This document shows, piece after piece, positions 19,656-28,254 of a DNA stretch of 64,000 nt (the first letter of the stretch is position 1; the number at the start of each line of letters is the position of its first letter). This stretch comes from an uncultured Reyranella sp. Its GTDB lineage: Bacteria > Pseudomonadota > Alphaproteobacteria > Reyranellales > Reyranellaceae. The stretch lies in contig CALDNT010000059.1 of assembly GCA_937915145.1 (NCBI GenBank), positions 3,474 through 67,473 of the forward strand, in the 5' to 3' direction. The notes under the pieces were generated by a model. It was not told where the DNA came from. It saw nothing but the letters and a program-made list of their open reading frames with translations, and ran no database searches. A program made the position numbers and the translations under genes.

Positions 19656-21185
19656 ATGGCGCGTATTGCTGTGGGCGGATTCCAGCATGAGACCAACACT
19701 TTCGCGCCGCAGCAGGCTACCTGGGAGGAGTTCGTCCGTGCCGATGCCTGGCCGCCGCTGCTGCGCGGACCGGAGATGATCGCCGGCGTCGAGGGCTTCA
19801 ACATTCCGATCGCCGGGGCGGTCAAGCGCCTGGCCGAACTCGGCCACGAGATCGTGCCGCTGGCCTGGGCGGCGGCGGCGCCGGCGTCGTACGTGACGGA
19901 GGATGCCTACGAGAAGATGTGGGCGCTGTTCGACGAGGATTTGCGCGAGCAGGGACCGTTCGACGCCGTCTATCTCGACCTGCACGGCGCCATGGTGGCC
20001 GAGAACACCGAGGACGGCGAGGGCGAGCTGCTGGCCCGGATCCGCGCCGTCGTTGGCGACGATCTGCCGGTGGTGGCGAGCCTCGACTATCACGCCAACC
20101 TGACGCCCGAGATGGCGCGGCTTGCAACGGCGCTGGTCGGCTATCGCACCTATCCGCACATCGACATGGCGGCTACAGGCAAGCGCGCTGTCGAACTGCT
20201 CGACAAGCTCTTGCGGGAGAAGCGGCCGGTCTATCGCGCCTATCGCCAGCTCGATTTCCTGATCCCGCTGGTCTGGCAGTGCACCTTCATCGAACCGGCC
20301 AAGGCGATCTTCGATCTCGTGGGCGAGATGGAGGCGGGCGAAAAGAGCCATAACCAGGGCATCGTGAGCGTGACGCACACGCCGGGCTTCCCGCCGGCCG
20401 ACATCGCCCAATGCGGGCCGGCGCTAGTGGTCTATGGCCACGACAGGGAGGCGGTCGAGGCCGCCGCCGACCGGCTCGCCGCCACGGTGAAGGCACAGGA
20501 GAAATCCTTTGACGGCGAGTTGCTGGATCCCGACCAGGCGGCCTTGCGCGCCATCGAACTGTCGAAGACGGCCAGCAAGCCGATCGTGCTGGCCGACGTG
20601 CAGGACAATCCCGGCGCCGGCGGCACGTCCGATACAGTGGGGCTGCTGGCTGCCCTGATGCGTCACAAGGCCCGGGGTGCTGTGATCGGCATGATCGTCG
20701 ACGAGGGCGCGGCAAAGGAGGCGGCGGCGACCGGCGAAGGCAATATCATGCGCCGCGGCATCGGCGCCGTGGTGGGCTATGGCGGCGAAAAGCCTGTGGT
20801 CGCCGACTGGCGGGTGGTGAAACTGGGCGACGGCATCTTCACCGGCACCGGCCCGTTCTACGGCGGCGCCAAGTTCCAGATCGGGCCGATGGCGCTGGTC
20901 ACCGACGAGGCATCGGGCGTGTCCGCGGTGCTGGCGGCCAAGCGGGTCCAGGCGGCCGACCAGGAGATGTTCCGTGCCGTCGGCGTCGAGCCGAGCCAGG
21001 TCCCCATCATCGCGCTGAAATCGACGGTGCATTTCCGCGCCGATTTCCAGCCGATCGCCGAGACCATCCTGGTGGTCCGTTCGCCCGGCGCCCACATCAC
21101 CGACCCGGTCGAGATGCCCTACAAGTTCCTGCGCAAGGGCATGCGGTTGAGACCGATGGGGCCGGTCTGGGACGGCGTGCGTTAA
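19656..21185 (+). CDS. M81-family metallopeptidase (MlrC-like)
   Basis: MARIAVGGFQHETNTFAP N-terminus and a length of about 500 aa are typical of MlrC-like proteins. Confidence 0.8.
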   Translation: MARIAVGGFQHETNTFAPQQATWEEFVRADAWPPLLRGPEMIAGVEGFNIPIAGAVKRLAELGHEIVPLAWAAAAPASYVTEDAYEKMWALFDEDLREQGPFDAVYLDLHGAMVAENTEDGEGELLARIRAVVGDDLPVVASLDYHANLTPEMARLATALVGYRTYPHIDMAATGKRAVELLDKLLREKRPVYRAYRQLDFLIPLVWQCTFIEPAKAIFDLVGEMEAGEKSHNQGIVSVTHTPGFPPADIAQCGPALVVYGHDREAVEAAADRLAATVKAQEKSFDGELLDPDQAALRAIELSKTASKPIVLADVQDNPGAGGTSDTVGLLAALMRHKARGAVIGMIVDEGAAKEAAATGEGNIMRRGIGAVVGYGGEKPVVADWRVVKLGDGIFTGTGPFYGGAKFQIGPMALVTDEASGVSAVLAAKRVQAADQEMFRAVGVEPSQVPIIALKSTVHFRADFQPIAETILVVRSPGAHITDPVEMPYKFLRKGMRLRPMGPVWDGVR

Positions 21186-21219
21186 GCGCGTGGGACAGGG
21201 GGCCACGTCGTCCCCCACC

Positions 21220-22035
21220 TCACGCTGCCTCGTCCAAGTCCTTGTTTATGTTGGCTGAATCCGATGTCTCCGGGGCCGCTTCGTGGGACACCGGATGACT
21301 CGTTTCACGTCGCCGTTCCATCAGGACGAGCAGCCGTTCGGCCAATGCTTCCTCGTCGACCGGCGTGGCGCGCAGCAGCGCCAGCTCGCGGCGTTCGGCG
21401 CGGTCCTCGGCGCGGCGGCGGTCGGCATCCAGGCGCTTCTGCACATGCATCAGGAGTTGTGCGTTGATCTTGCGCCGCTGGCCCACCGTCTTGCCGGCGA
21501 ACAGCACCGGCTGGAACTCGATCTGGCTGGCCAGCAGGACGATGTCGTCGCCGACCACGCGCTGGCGTCGGGCGATGGCTTCGTCCCAGCGCTCGGCGAA
21601 CCTGGGCAGATCGTCCCGCCAGCGATAGAGCGTACTGCGGCCGATCTGGGCGCGCGCCGCCGCTTCGGCCACGCAACCGCAGACCGCGAGATGATAGAGG
21701 AAAGAGGCCCGTCTCCGGCCGGGCGTGCGCAACCGCACGGGATTTGTGAGTGCCTTGTCGCGCAAGGTCTTGGGCGCCTGCGGCAGTGGTCTGTCCACCG
21801 TTGCCGCAACCGGCGGGGCGGGGTCGGGCGGCGTTTCACGTCCCAGCGCCCGGTCAAGCGGATTGTAGTTGAGCCGCGGGATCGGCATGCGGTCTATGGC
21901 GCTCCGCTGCGGCGGCTTGGACTCCTCGGCGACCAGGATGCGCAGGCGCGTCAGGCCCATCTCACGGTAGATCTGCGGCAGACTGACGGCATCTCCGTAG
22001 GCCTCCCAAAGGTCGAGGGCTTCGCGTGCGGTCAT
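21220..22035 (-). CDS. hypothetical HTH protein, phage terminase small-subunit-like
   Basis: FLYHLAVCGCVAEAAARAQIGRSTLYRWRDDLPRFAERWDEAIA...VLFAGKTVGQRRKINAQLLMHVQKRL resembles the HTH plus following region of small-terminase-like proteins. Strong AGGAGG SD lies 7 nt upstream. The plus-strand ORF 21283..22041 is judged a shadow. Confidence 0.55.
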   Translation of the reverse strand: MTAREALDLWEAYGDAVSLPQIYREMGLTRLRILVAEESKPPQRSAIDRMPIPRLNYNPLDRALGRETPPDPAPPVAATVDRPLPQAPKTLRDKALTNPVRLRTPGRRRASFLYHLAVCGCVAEAAARAQIGRSTLYRWRDDLPRFAERWDEAIARRQRVVGDDIVLLASQIEFQPVLFAGKTVGQRRKINAQLLMHVQKRLDADRRRAEDRAERRELALLRATPVDEEALAERLLVLMERRRETSHPVSHEAAPETSDSANINKDLDEAA

Positions 22036-22179
22036 GTTTGAGGTCCTCCTGTTCGCCTCGCTTTGCGTGACAGGAATATCAAACGGATAGGATAAGTCAA
22101 TAGGCCGATCTAGGGGCTGATCGCATCGCGTGCCAGCGTTTTGACGGCACTTGATTTTGACGCCGCTCCCGCCCGCCGC

Positions 22180-23022
22180 TCATTTTCCGGAGATGATGAA
22201 CGAGGCCACCTGATCGAAATACTTGTTGTCGCTCCTGGTCGGCCGCCAATGTCCGGCATCCGGCACGACGATCAGCCGTTTGGGCAAGGGCGCGGCCTGA
22301 TAGATTTCCTCCGCCTGAAAGAGCGGAAATATCTTGTCGGATTCACCGTGAACGAGCAGCACCGGACAGTTCACGCCGGCGACCTTGCCGACGGTGTCGA
22401 ACGGGCTTTCAAGGTGATCGAGCAGAAAATCCGGGATCCAGGGCCTGGCATACTTGGCGGCCTGTTTGAGAGAGGCGAAGGCACCGATCAATACCACAGC
22501 CCGGCAGGGCGAAGACGTGGCAAGGTCCACCGCGACCGCCGCGCCAAGAGAAATGCCAACCAAGGCGATCGAACCCGGGGCGATCCCGCGTTCTTCCGTC
22601 AAATAGCGCAGTGCGGCCCTGCCATCGAGGACAAGCGTCGCTTCGCTGAGCGTGGTGCCTTCGCTCTTCCCGTAGCCGCGGTAGTTGTACAGCAGCAGGT
22701 CAAACCCGCGCCTCTGCATGGCGTCGATTTCATACTTGAAGGTCGGAAGCTTGCCGGTCCTGCCAAGCATCAGCAGGACGGTGACACCGTTGCGCGGCGC
22801 CTGGCCTGGCCGGAACCAGCCATGGAGACGGACGCCGTCGGAGGTCGGAAATGAAACCTCCGCCACACCGGCCGGTATCTCCCACGGTGCCCCGGGGTCG
22901 TATTTATCAGGAATGAATGTCCAACGATGCTCGAGGTATCGAAGGCCAAACCATCCACCAACGGCGCCGCCGATCATGGCCAGGACCACGACGATTGCGA
23001 AGACGCGAGCAAAAGAAGACAT
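22180..23022 (-). CDS. alpha/beta hydrolase
   Basis: N-terminal TM segment, nucleophile elbow GISLGAAVA, and late HGESD / H of the catalytic triad. Confidence 0.75.
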   Translation of the reverse strand: MSSFARVFAIVVVLAMIGGAVGGWFGLRYLEHRWTFIPDKYDPGAPWEIPAGVAEVSFPTSDGVRLHGWFRPGQAPRNGVTVLLMLGRTGKLPTFKYEIDAMQRRGFDLLLYNYRGYGKSEGTTLSEATLVLDGRAALRYLTEERGIAPGSIALVGISLGAAVAVDLATSSPCRAVVLIGAFASLKQAAKYARPWIPDFLLDHLESPFDTVGKVAGVNCPVLLVHGESDKIFPLFQAEEIYQAAPLPKRLIVVPDAGHWRPTRSDNKYFDQVASFIISGK

Positions 23023-23136
23023 GTCCTCGCAAGCGTAGCACATGTGCCGCCGGGCACATCACCCGGTCGTCGCGGCGCACGATTCCGACCACCGCGAACA
23101 CGAAGCAGCAGCTGGCAGCAGGCTTGCGGCCCGCAG

Positions 23137-24546
23137 TTATGGAGCCGCTGCCGCCCGGCCGTTCCGTATGTTGATCGCGACGTTCACGGCGACGACAGCC
23201 AGGAGGATGAGGAAGCCTGTTTGTGCCATGGCAACCAGGCTGGTCGGCGCGGAACTCGGCGCGGCGAGAAAGAACACGCTCAGAACGGCGATACTCGTGC
23301 ATCCACCAAGCTGGCGCATGGTCTGGACGAGCCCCACCGTGGCAGCCCGTCGTGACGCGTCGCCGGCAGTCACCGCTGCGGTATTGGCGGGGAGGATGCT
23401 GAGGCCGATGCCGACGCCAGTGAGCGCCATGAATGGGATCTGAAGGGCGACCGTCAGTTCGGTCAGACTCCAGGTCCATGCGGCGAGGCTGACCATGGCG
23501 ACGAGCGCGCCGATCGCAATCGGCCGCCGGGGGCCGAATCGATCGTGAAGAATGCCCGCGACCGGCACCATGGCGGCCCAACCGCCGATGAACGCCAGCA
23601 TCACGATTCCAGCTGTGGACGGGGTCAGTCCAAACCCTCTCTGAAGCAGCAGGGGCGCGAAGGTGATCAATCCGACAGTCGCCACCTGCAGGAGAAACAA
23701 GGTGGCGGCGTAGCGCCGAAACGCGTCATCGCGAAACAACTCGAGCGGCAGCAAGGGCCGGGCGGCGCCGCGCTCGGACGCTACGAACCACGCCATGGCC
23801 GCGAGGCCGGCGGCCAGCAGGACGACCGGATGGCCTTCACGCCAGCCGGAATGCCCCGCTTGCTGTAGGCCGAGCATGGCGAGCGCCATGCCGGCGACCA
23901 TAGCAAGGGTGCCACTGCGGACGGTGGCCGCGCCACGTGGCCGAGCCGCCACCGCAGATCGCATCACGGCCACGAGCAACGCTGCCCCAGCCGCCGCCAC
24001 CGGCACGGCGACAAAGAAAATCGCGCGCCACGAGATATGCTGCGTGAGAAACCCTCCAGCCACCGGACCGAGAACGAAGAAAACCTGGCCGCCACCTATG
24101 TAGACCGACATCGCCCGGCCACGCGCTTCTGCCGGCACGGAGGAAATGACGATGGCCAGTGCAGCCGGAACCATCAGGGCGCCGCCCATGCCCTGCAACG
24201 CCCGGAACGCGATAATCCATGGTTCCGACAGGAAGGTGCCCGATGGCGTCAGGCCGCAGGCCGCGGAACCCATTACGAAGAGCAGCACGCCGAGCAGGAA
24301 CACCCGATAACGCTGCCACTCGTCGGCGAGGCGGCCGCCGAGCGCGACGAGCGCTGTGTAGGAGACCAGGTAGGCATTGACCAGCCAGGCGGCTCCCGAG
24401 GGAGACAGGTCGAGGTCCACGGTCATGTTCGGCAAAGCGACGCCGACGGCGGTGATGTCGAACAACACCAGAGCCTGACAGGTGGTCATGGCCGCGACGA
24501 TCAGCCATCCCTGGAGAGGAGACGCGCCGGACTCGGTCGGATTCAC
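23137..24546 (-). CDS. MFS transporter, DHA2/EmrB-like (14-TMS type)
   Basis: ...LFDITAVGVALPNM...AWLVNAYLV.YTALVALGGRLAD is typical of DHA2. The start is uncertain: GTG 24546 avoids overlap with the upstream gene, while ATG 24603 and 24624 would overlap it. Confidence 0.75.
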   Translation of the reverse strand: MNPTESGASPLQGWLIVAAMTTCQALVLFDITAVGVALPNMTVDLDLSPSGAAWLVNAYLVSYTALVALGGRLADEWQRYRVFLLGVLLFVMGSAACGLTPSGTFLSEPWIIAFRALQGMGGALMVPAALAIVISSVPAEARGRAMSVYIGGGQVFFVLGPVAGGFLTQHISWRAIFFVAVPVAAAGAALLVAVMRSAVAARPRGAATVRSGTLAMVAGMALAMLGLQQAGHSGWREGHPVVLLAAGLAAMAWFVASERGAARPLLPLELFRDDAFRRYAATLFLLQVATVGLITFAPLLLQRGFGLTPSTAGIVMLAFIGGWAAMVPVAGILHDRFGPRRPIAIGALVAMVSLAAWTWSLTELTVALQIPFMALTGVGIGLSILPANTAAVTAGDASRRAATVGLVQTMRQLGGCTSIAVLSVFFLAAPSSAPTSLVAMAQTGFLILLAVVAVNVAINIRNGRAAAAP

Positions 24547-24562
24547 GGGGAGAAGGCCGCGT

Positions 24563-25933
24563 TCAGCCGGCCGCGCCGGGTATCTCCATGTCCGGCAAGA
24601 CATATGCCTTGCCTGAGCTGACATTGGCGATCTCCGACGGCGAAACCCGGGCGACGATGCCGGAAGCGCTGAGATGCCGGTAATAGAGGCCGCCCAGAAT
24701 GCGCACCTCTTCCCGCCTGACGACGGCTTCCTCGGCAACGGCGATCCGGAACATGTGGGCGTCGACACGGCGCTGCGCGAGATACGGGGTCTCTTGTGCA
24801 GCCACGGTGTCGAGCAGAGACTTCCATCCCTCAGCGTCGTAGTCGCGGCCGCTATAGGCGCCGCCGCCGCGATAGTCGTTGCGTGGCTTCAGGATCCACT
24901 CGCCGCGATTGACCCGCATGTCGGCCAGCAGTTGCGTGCCCTCGAGCGTCATCATGCCGGGTGAGAACGGATAGGAGTCGGGTGTATGCCTGCGGATGAA
25001 CTTCTTCTGCTCGGGCGTCAGGGCCGCCTGGACTGCCTCGCTTCGCATCGCGGCGAAGATCGCCTTGTCCTCGGCGATCGTCAGGCAGGCAAAATTATTG
25101 ATCGACAGGAACGCATTGTTTCGAATGCCCTCGAGAAAAGTGTGGTGGCGCGCCGGCGCCGCCGCCGACCAATGATGCTGCGAGCCGAACAGCCGGAACT
25201 TGTTGAATGTCGCGATTATCTCAGGGCCGTCGTGGCCAAGCCGGTAGCCGTGGTCATAAACCAGATCGGCAACGTCACCGACGACGACCTCGAGGCCGGC
25301 ACGGCGCAAGCTGGCCGCAATCATTTCCACTTCGTGCATCTTGTGGTTTTCGTCAACGAGCACCGCGACGGCGCCGTCGTCGCTGGTAAACGTCCTGACC
25401 ATGCGGGCAATCGAGCTGCCGAAGACCTCGTCGCGCTTGGGATGTTCCGTCTGCATGCCCGCGACGCGCAGAAATTCCGGAGCCGTCTTCGCAAACTCTT
25501 CCTGAACGGTCATCAGAGGCAGGTAGCCGCTGGCCATCGCCGCATTCGTTTCGATGAAGACCGGATCTCCGGCGCGATCGACGATAAAGTCGTAGCGCCC
25601 GTATTCCTGGTAGGAGATCAGCTGCCGCTCCATGAGCGGCTTGAACAGGATGTATTGCGGGAATTCGTCGAGGAGCTTGTGTACGCCATTGATGTACATC
25701 TGAATGACGATTTCGACGATCTGATGCAATTGCAGGCCAAGCTGTGACAGGGCAGCGCGCTGCTCGGGCGTGTAGGCCAGCACGCAAGGCTGCACATCCA
25801 TCTTGCCGAAGAACGGGTCCTTGGATTTCAGGGATTCGTTGAATGTCTTCTTGTAGGCGGCGTATTCAGCCGGCTTGGCCAGCGCACGATCAGCTGCTCG
25901 TTCGGTTTCTGAAAAAAGGGAACGATAGTCCAT
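24563..25933 (-). CDS. ATP-grasp-superfamily ligase-like protein (glutathionylspermidine synthase / eukaryotic-type glutathione synthetase-like fold), function unknown
   Basis: YGRYDFIVDRAGDPVFIETNAAMASG and WILKPRNDYRGGGAYSG resemble the pre-ATP-grasp and ATP-binding segments of GSP-synthetase/eu-GSH-synthetase-type ligases. This is a motif-level assignment only. Confidence 0.5.
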   Translation of the reverse strand: MDYRSLFSETERAADRALAKPAEYAAYKKTFNESLKSKDPFFGKMDVQPCVLAYTPEQRAALSQLGLQLHQIVEIVIQMYINGVHKLLDEFPQYILFKPLMERQLISYQEYGRYDFIVDRAGDPVFIETNAAMASGYLPLMTVQEEFAKTAPEFLRVAGMQTEHPKRDEVFGSSIARMVRTFTSDDGAVAVLVDENHKMHEVEMIAASLRRAGLEVVVGDVADLVYDHGYRLGHDGPEIIATFNKFRLFGSQHHWSAAAPARHHTFLEGIRNNAFLSINNFACLTIAEDKAIFAAMRSEAVQAALTPEQKKFIRRHTPDSYPFSPGMMTLEGTQLLADMRVNRGEWILKPRNDYRGGGAYSGRDYDAEGWKSLLDTVAAQETPYLAQRRVDAHMFRIAVAEEAVVRREEVRILGGLYYRHLSASGIVARVSPSEIANVSSGKAYVLPDMEIPGAAG

Positions 25934-26086
25934 TGGTCTACGACCTTTCCTGTCTCAAGCCACCGCATCGAGTCGCGGCGCTGTTGCGATTTGGGTTGGA
26001 AATAGGCGGACAATCGCCGGCGCGGCGAAGGTATCGAGTCGGACAGCGAGGTCAAGCGACGAAGCCTGACCGACAATCCGGGAGAT

Positions 26087-27259
26087 TTAAGAGCGGAAGG
26101 CCGGCCGCAGCGCCCACACCATCGGCACTGTTGCGAGTGCCACTGAGGCCACGACGGCAAGCACCATCGTGAGGCCGATGGCGTCGCCCAGCAGGCCGAA
26201 CAGGAAGGGGCCGGTGGCCCCGGCCACCGAACCTCCGGTGTAGAAAACCGCGAAGGCATGGGTTCGTTTCGCAGTGCTCACGAACTCGGGAATGGTGCCG
26301 TAGAGTACCGACGAGGTGCCGTTCAGCATCAGGCCGACGACCGGCAACGCCACCAGCGCGAGCGGCAGCGACAGCGGCAGAAGGGCGAGGATGAGCGCCG
26401 TCGTGGCCAGTTCGGTCAGGATAACCGACGGCACGACACCCAGCCGCGCGCCGATCCAGCCCATCACCAGCTTTCCGGTGGCGCCGCCGGCGAACAGCAG
26501 CGAGAGGCCAAGCCCGATGGTCGGCAGGTCGGCTCCCTTGTCTCTCAGGAGAAACGGCAGGAAAATCAGAAAGCCGCTGCGCACCAGGGCGTCGGCGACG
26601 TGGATCGCGAACAGCAGACGGTAAGCCCATGGACGGTCCTGGCCGGTCATGGTGGCCTTAGAACTGATTTCCGGGTCGTGCAGCGGGATGGGCCTCAACG
26701 TGGCCAGGATGATCCCGGCGCCCGCCACGGCGAGTGCCGCCATGACCACCAGTGCCTGTTGCCAGCCGAGCGCGGCCGCCGCGACGGCGAACAGGGCAGG
26801 CAGCGCCACCTTGCCGAGGTCTCCGGTGAAATTGTAGGTGCCCAGAGCGGTACGCGAACGCAGGCCCGGATAGGCCGCCGACACCAGGCTCGAGGCGATG
26901 GGATGCTGGGTGCTGCCGCCCAGCCCGGCCAGCAGGAGCCCTGCGACGACGCCGTAGAGCGATCCGCCGAGGCCGGCCAGGGCGTATCCGACGGCGACCA
27001 GCGTCGTGCCCACGGCCAGCACGCGCACACCGCCCAGCCGCACCGCCAGCTTGCCCGAGGGGATCTGGCCGCTGGCCATGGCGCCGGAATAGACCGTCTT
27101 CAGCGCGCCGATCGCGGCGTAGCTCAGGCCGAACTGGGCCTGCAGCAGGGGATAGAGGACGTTCAGGAGATCGGTGAAGCCGTCGTGCAGGGCATGCGCG
27201 CCGCCGCAGATCGTGAGGGTCCGGCGGGCCGAAGCGGGAGGAGAGACGGCGACTGTCAT
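26087..27259 (-). CDS. MFS transporter (12-TMS type)
   Basis: Hydrophobic 390-aa protein with MFS-like repeats (G....L.DR.G motif region LAVRLGG). Confidence 0.75.
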   Translation of the reverse strand: MTVAVSPPASARRTLTICGGAHALHDGFTDLLNVLYPLLQAQFGLSYAAIGALKTVYSGAMASGQIPSGKLAVRLGGVRVLAVGTTLVAVGYALAGLGGSLYGVVAGLLLAGLGGSTQHPIASSLVSAAYPGLRSRTALGTYNFTGDLGKVALPALFAVAAAALGWQQALVVMAALAVAGAGIILATLRPIPLHDPEISSKATMTGQDRPWAYRLLFAIHVADALVRSGFLIFLPFLLRDKGADLPTIGLGLSLLFAGGATGKLVMGWIGARLGVVPSVILTELATTALILALLPLSLPLALVALPVVGLMLNGTSSVLYGTIPEFVSTAKRTHAFAVFYTGGSVAGATGPFLFGLLGDAIGLTMVLAVVASVALATVPMVWALRPAFRS

Positions 27260-27274
27260 CGCGCCGTCACATTA

Positions 27275-27763
27275 CTACCGGCCCGGTATGCGGTCGAACC
27301 AAAAGGCGATCTGCTGCTGGAAGTCGCTCTCGGCGAAAGCCACGTCGGTGATCACCGACGGCTTGCCGTCGCGCGGATAGCGCACGCTCCGCAGTCGCGC
27401 GAACGCGGTATCGCTCAGGTGCAGAATGAGCACGTCGCCCTGGCGGCGGTGGAAGATGAACTCGTGGATCTTGCGGATGTTGACCAGGCTGACGACGAAG
27501 CGCCCGCCGGTGCCCTCTCCGGCCAGTTGCCGGACCGGAATGTCGCGCCCCTCGTTGGTGATCCCCATGAGCGCGGGGACCTCCGGCGCCATCATGTTGT
27601 CCTTGCCGGTGTTCTGGATCAGGCGCACCAGGCGATCGCCGCGCGGCGACAGTGTCGTCCGGCGCCCTCCGAACAGGTCGGAGGTCTGGCAGGCACCCAG
27701 CGGGAGGAGAAGGCCGGCGCCAAGGAAGGCGCGCCGCAAGAACACGCCGCGGGGCAAGCTCAA
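27275..27763 (-). CDS. hypothetical lipoprotein
   Basis: Lipobox LLLPLGAC. TTG start overlaps the hisI stop (TTGA). Confidence 0.5.
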   Translation of the reverse strand: MSLPRGVFLRRAFLGAGLLLPLGACQTSDLFGGRRTTLSPRGDRLVRLIQNTGKDNMMAPEVPALMGITNEGRDIPVRQLAGEGTGGRFVVSLVNIRKIHEFIFHRRQGDVLILHLSDTAFARLRSVRYPRDGKPSVITDVAFAESDFQQQIAFWFDRIPGR

Positions 27764-28182
27764 TCCTTTCCGATCCGGCTCATGTCGACGACGATCGGGG
27801 CGATGGTCTGCAGGGCGCCGTCACGGACCGCCTGGAAAAAGCAATTATGCCGGCCAGTGTGGCAGGCCACACCGGTCTGATCGACGAGCACCAGCAAGGT
27901 ATCGCCGTCGCAGTCGATGCGCAGTTCGACCAGGGTCTGGATGTGGCCGGACGTGTCGCCCTTGCGCCACGGGACCTGGCGAGAGCGCGACCAGTAGCAG
28001 ACCCGGCCGCTGCGCATCGTCTCGGCGACCGCGTCGCGGTCCATCCAGGCCATCATCAGGATTTCGCCCGAATCGTGCTGCTGGGCGATTGCCGGCACGA
28101 GGCCCTCGTCATTGAACTGAATGACCGTGAGGGCGGCGGCGATCTCGGCCGGTTGGTAGGTGGTCAGTGTTGCAGGGTACAT
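27760..28182 (-). CDS. hisI: phosphoribosyl-AMP cyclohydrolase
   Basis: GLVPAIAQQHDSGEILMMAWMDRDA...YWSRSR...W.KG.TSGH.Q....L..DCDGD.LL..V.Q.G.ACHTG..(S/N)CF. Start set at ATG 28182..28180; the remainder of the listed 353-aa ORF is a shadow of zur. Confidence 0.9.
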   Translation of the reverse strand: MYPATLTTYQPAEIAAALTVIQFNDEGLVPAIAQQHDSGEILMMAWMDRDAVAETMRSGRVCYWSRSRQVPWRKGDTSGHIQTLVELRIDCDGDTLLVLVDQTGVACHTGRHNCFFQAVRDGALQTIAPIVVDMSRIGKD

Positions 28183-28191
28183 CGGGCAGCC

Positions 28192-28221
28192 TTGGCCTCC
28201 GAAAGGAACGGGGCGTATAAT
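28192..28221 (+). promoter_or_regulatory. candidate sigma70-type promoter for zur
   Basis: TTGGCC-N18-TATAAT, with the -10 ending 33 nt before the GTG start at 28255. Confidence 0.3.
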
Positions 28222-28254
28222 CGCCGAACACCTGCTTGGCAAATCGGAAACCTC

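Noticed and set aside
21186-21219. Hairpin GGGGG-CCACGTCGT-CCCCC between convergent MlrC-like and HTH genes, as a possible bidirectional terminator.
   Set aside because: It has only a 5-bp G:C stem with a 9-nt loop, and no U-tract on either strand.
13245-22179. Genomic island integrated at tRNA-Arg.
   Set aside because: No integrase, transposase or att-like direct repeat of the tRNA 3' end was found, and base composition looks similar to the flanks by eye.
25934-26086. Possible small precursor-peptide ORF or RNA element between the MFS gene and the ATP-grasp-like gene.
   Set aside because: No ORF with a start codon and SD fits within the gap. The only ATG-initiated frame runs out of frame into the ligase gene. 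A short direct repeat (CGACTCGAT x2) is too weak to interpret.
27652-28254. N-terminal 200 aa of the listed 361-aa plus-strand ORF, and the reciprocal 353-aa minus-strand ORF 27760..28821.
   Set aside because: Each is the antisense shadow of the other's real gene (hisI 27760..28182, zur 28255..28737). The homology-like motifs begin only at those internal starts.
28183-28254. Zur box in the hisI/zur divergent spacer.
   Set aside because: No AT-rich palindrome resembling known Zur or Fur operators is present; only a TATAAT-like hexamer.
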